The notes under the pieces are model-generated. The model worked only from the letters and a program-made list of their open reading frames with translations. It had not been told where the DNA came from and searched no databases. Of a DNA stretch of 29,955 nucleotides, positions 27,028 to 29,955 are shown in pieces. The number at the start of each line of letters is the position of its first letter. Position 1 is the first letter of the stretch. This DNA is from Candidatus Rokuibacteriota bacterium (GTDB lineage Bacteria > Methylomirabilota > Methylomirabilia > Rokubacteriales > CSP1-6). Where the stretch lies: NCBI GenBank assembly GCA_016184305.1, contig JACPCX010000135.1:1-29955 (forward strand). Reading direction: 5' to 3'. Position numbers and translations under genes: made by a program.

Positions 27028-28062
27028 ATGACTTCCACATTCGTCACCCTCCCCGAGATCCGACAGGCTGCCCGGCGCCGCCTTCCCCGCGAGGTGTTCA
27101 ACTTCGGCGCGGGGGGCGCCGAGACCGAGACCACGCTCCGGCGCAACCGGCGGGCGCTCTCCCGCGTGGCCATACGCCAGCACATCCTCGTGGACGTGCG
27201 CGAGATCGACCTCGAGACGACGCTCCTCGGCGTCCCCTTGTCCTGGCCCGTGGCCGTGGCGCCCATGGGCGGGCTCGTGATGTTCCACCCAGACGGCGAT
27301 GTGGAGATGGCGCGCGGCGCCTCCCGGGCCGACACGCTCCTCTTCCTCTCCGGCGCCACCGGCTGGCCGGTGGAGGACGTGGCGGCGGCCAGCACGGCGC
27401 CCAGGATGTTCCAGCTCTACCACCACGGCGACCGGGCATGGGTCGCCGATCTGCTGGCGCGGGTGGAAGCCTCCGGCTACCTCGCCGTCTGCCTGACGGT
27501 GGACGTGCAGGTCTACGGGCGCCGCGAGCGCGACATCCTCGCGCGCTGGGACCCTCGCGCGGCCATGTCGACGGCGCCGAATCCGCGCGGGCCGGATTCG
27601 GAGTACCAGGCGCGCCTCACCTGGGACGACGTGGCGTGGCTCAAGAAGACGACCCGGCTCCCCATCGGGCTGAAGGGGATCATGACTGCCGGGGATGCCA
27701 GGCGGGCCGTCGAGGCCGGGGTCGGGCTGATCTGGGTGTCCAATCACGGCGGACGCCAGCTGGATCAGACCCAGGCGACCATCGATGCCCTGCCCGCCGT
27801 CGTCGAGGCCGTGGCCGGGCGCGCGAGCATCGTGGTGGACGGCGGCTTCTCGCGCGGCACCGATGTGATCAAGGCCTTGGCGCGCGGCGCTGATGTCGTC
27901 GCGATCGGGCGGACCGTGCTGTGGGGGCTCGGCGCCGATGGCGCCGACGGGGTGGCCTGTGCCCTTGACATCCTTCGCACCGAGCTGCGGACCTCGCTGG
28001 CCCTTTGCGGCCAGACGAGAGTCAAGGACCTCTCGCCCGACCTCCTCGTCAGCGTGAGCTGA
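27028..28062 (+). CDS. FMN-dependent alpha-hydroxy acid oxidase/dehydrogenase
   Basis: FQLY, LTVD, GRRERD, LKGIM, VSNHGGRQLD, DGGFSRGTDVIKALA. Confidence 0.95.
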   Translation: MTSTFVTLPEIRQAARRRLPREVFNFGAGGAETETTLRRNRRALSRVAIRQHILVDVREIDLETTLLGVPLSWPVAVAPMGGLVMFHPDGDVEMARGASRADTLLFLSGATGWPVEDVAAASTAPRMFQLYHHGDRAWVADLLARVEASGYLAVCLTVDVQVYGRRERDILARWDPRAAMSTAPNPRGPDSEYQARLTWDDVAWLKKTTRLPIGLKGIMTAGDARRAVEAGVGLIWVSNHGGRQLDQTQATIDALPAVVEAVAGRASIVVDGGFSRGTDVIKALARGADVVAIGRTVLWGLGADGADGVACALDILRTELRTSLALCGQTRVKDLSPDLLVSVS

Positions 28063-28064
28063 GT

Positions 28065-28115
28065 CCCCCCTCACCCTGCCCTCGCTCCCGCAGGGGGAGA
28101 GGATCAGGATGAGGG
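28065..28115. repeat. REP-like imperfect hairpin between convergent genes
   Basis: CCCTCACCCTGCCCTCGCTCCC-GCA-GGGGGAGAGGATCAGGATGAGGG. Confidence 0.6.
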
Positions 28116-28121
28116 CCGGGG

Positions 28122-28817
28122 CTACGGAGACTGGGTCCGGCGGGACCGGGCCGCGTCCGCGGCCTCGACAGCGGGGGGGTCCGGGCGGCGATTCCGCCTC
28201 CCTCCATCCGCCGCGAGACGCTCGTCTTGCTTGGCCCTGAGCGCCTTTGCCAGCTCCTGGTAGGACGATTTCTGGATGACCCGGTCGAACTGCGTGCGGT
28301 AGTTGCCGATCAGGCTGATGCCCTCGATGGAGACGTCGTAGGCGAGCCACCGGCCATTGGCGCCGCGCATCCGGTAGTCGATGGGGATCTCGGTCCCCTG
28401 CTTGCTGATGACACGGGTGCGCACGACCGCCACGTCGCCGTCCGTGGAGTCCCCCAGGAAGGCGATCTTCTCCCCCGAGTACGTCTCGATCTTCGAGATG
28501 TACGACTGCTCGAGCAGCCCCCCGAAGAGGCCCACGAACTCCTCCTGCTCCTGAGGCGTCCGGGCCTGCCAGTGCCTGCCGAGGCTCCGCCGCGTGATCT
28601 CGGTGAAGTCGAAGATGTCGTTGGCGACCTGGCGAATGGCCGTCCGGCGGTCCCGGATCCTGCTCGGCTTCTTGAGCTCGGGATCTTCCAGGATCTTGAG
28701 GACCCGGTTCACCTGCACCTGGAGCTGGTCCGCCGGGGGGCCCGCCCACGCGGGGTGAGCGATCCCGAGGAGCCCGACGACTGCGGCGATGGCCAGGACG
28801 CGATAGCGCTGGATCAT
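28122..28817 (-). CDS. mlaC: MlaC/Ttg2D family phospholipid-binding periplasmic protein
   Basis: ATG at 28817 with RBS GGAGGGA and a signal peptide ending PAWA. FDFTEITRRSLGRHW, IDYRM, YDVSIEGISLIGNYRTQF. Confidence 0.88.
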   Translation of the reverse strand: MIQRYRVLAIAAVVGLLGIAHPAWAGPPADQLQVQVNRVLKILEDPELKKPSRIRDRRTAIRQVANDIFDFTEITRRSLGRHWQARTPQEQEEFVGLFGGLLEQSYISKIETYSGEKIAFLGDSTDGDVAVVRTRVISKQGTEIPIDYRMRGANGRWLAYDVSIEGISLIGNYRTQFDRVIQKSSYQELAKALRAKQDERLAADGGRRNRRPDPPAVEAADAARSRRTQSP

Positions 28818-28836
28818 CCATGTCCCTCCGACTGGG

Positions 28837-29121
28837 TCAATGGTCGGTGACCGCGATCCCCGTGGCCCCCATCTCGATGAGGCGCCCGCCTTCGGCGACC
28901 GGGCAGAACCGGGCCCGCAGCGCCTCGCGGCTCGTCCCCGGCGGCCAGAAGGAGGGGGCCCGCTCGGCGCTGAGCGCCCTCGAGGTGATGAATCGCTCCG
29001 TGAGCGGCACACCCATCATACTCTGCGGCAGCATCCACGAGACGCCGGGGCCGAGCGTGAAGATCACGGTAGATCTCGCGTCCGAGAGGACCGTGATGCC
29101 TTCGAGGATACGTCCAGTCAT
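28837..29121 (-). CDS. Hypothetical protein, possibly a degenerate PAS-like domain
   Basis: RBS GGAGG and ATG at 29121, behind a clear promoter. ILEGITVL...VIFT...RFCPV...GATGIAVTD. Confidence 0.4.
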   Translation of the reverse strand: MTGRILEGITVLSDARSTVIFTLGPGVSWMLPQSMMGVPLTERFITSRALSAERAPSFWPPGTSREALRARFCPVAEGGRLIEMGATGIAVTDH

Positions 29122-29167
29122 GCCCTTCGCCTCCATCGAGGGGGTGCGCGGCGAAAACGTGGCGGCG

Positions 29168-29196
29168 AGTGTACCAGCGCCCCCCGGGCGGATCAA
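29168..29196 (-). promoter_or_regulatory. sigma70-type promoter with extended -10
   Basis: TTGATC-17 nt-TACACT, with TG-n immediately before the -10. Confidence 0.65.
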
Positions 29197-29229
29197 GCCG
29201 CGTCGAAACCTCCACTCCTCCGTCCCGCG

Positions 29230-29955
29230 CTACTCCATGACGAGGCCGGCGTAGCCCACCACGCGGTCGAGATCGCCGGAGACGTCGCCCGAGGTCTCGT
29301 AGCGGACCAGCTCGGCCCGCGCCCCGCCCAGCTCCCGCAGCGCCGACAGCGTGGCCAGGGTCGGCGCGAGGCCGCACATGGAGATGCGGTGCTCGCTGAC
29401 CATCGAGCGGAGCCGGCCGGGGTCGAGGCTCAGGATCGCGTCGATGGCTAGGCGGTCCTTTCGGTTCGATACTCGCTGCGGCTCGAAATGGTTCAGGTCG
29501 GTGGAGCAGACGATCATCGCGGGCTCGCCCAGGCGCCCCAGCGCGGCGGCCACCGCGCGCCCCACGTCCTCGCAGAACGCCAGCTCACCGCTGCCGAGCG
29601 TGATCGGCACGAAACGGAGGCCAGGACGGAGGCGGCGGAGGAAGGGGAGCTGGACCTCGATGGCGTGCTCCCGGGCGTGCGCCGCGGCGTCCTCCTCCAG
29701 CACCGACGCCGCGCCCAGGATCGAGCGGGCGAGCAGCTCGGCGATGACGAGGTCGCCGCCCGACAGCGCCCAGCGCCCCCGGCACATGATCGAGCCCGCG
29801 GGACCCAGCCCCCTGTGATTCGGGCCGAGGACCACGACGAGGGCCGGCACCGTCACCCGCCCGTAGACCTCGCCGGCCACGCGGCCCGAGTAGCTCCACC
29901 CGGCATGAGGCACCACGACCGCCCTCGGTGTCCGCTTGGGCTCGACGTTCGCGAT
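29230..29955 (-). CDS. amrB: AmmeMemoRadiSam system protein B (MEMO1 family), 5' end outside window
   Basis: VVPHAGWSYSG, LGPNH, REHAIEVQLPFL, STDLNHF, ISMCG, YETSGDVSGD..RVVGYAG. Confidence 0.93.
   Translation of the reverse strand: MANVEPKRTPRAVVVPHAGWSYSGRVAGEVYGRVTVPALVVVLGPNHRGLGPAGSIMCRGRWALSGGDLVIAELLARSILGAASVLEEDAAAHAREHAIEVQLPFLRRLRPGLRFVPITLGSGELAFCEDVGRAVAAALGRLGEPAMIVCSTDLNHFEPQRVSNRKDRLAIDAILSLDPGRLRSMVSEHRISMCGLAPTLATLSALRELGGARAELVRYETSGDVSGDLDRVVGYAGLVME

Overview
Very GC-rich bacterial DNA. Gene content and repeat style suggest Candidatus Rokubacteria/Methylomirabilota, which is an inference only. Contents from left to right: (1) a moxR-DUF58-tgpA-like operon; (2) a ~7.8 kb minus-strand catabolic cluster (TAXI binding protein, LLM oxidoreductase, CoA-transferase-fold alpha/beta pair with IpdAB-like signatures, acyl-CoA dehydrogenase, Cys-less thiolase-fold protein plus DUF35 partner, SDR, PaaK-like remnant) bracketed by an exact 51-bp direct repeat; (3) osmC-like gene, truncated deacetylase and LLM genes, GT9 and CBS genes; (4) a fatty-acid desaturase lying between the two halves of a MITE-like palindromic element; (5) small hypothetical genes and a Rid / beta-hydroxyacid dehydrogenase / atypical M24 operon; (6) a TAXI-TRAP / UbiD / acyl-CoA ligase operon; (7) tenA, DUF3750, MaoC and a Lys/Ala-rich small protein; (8) an FMN alpha-hydroxy-acid oxidase, an mlaC-like gene and a MEMO1 (AmmeMemoRadiSam B) gene. 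About ten gene fragments or deletion scars are scattered through the window. I found no rRNA, tRNA, CRISPR array, integrase or transposase. All family calls come from motif recognition by eye, with no database search.
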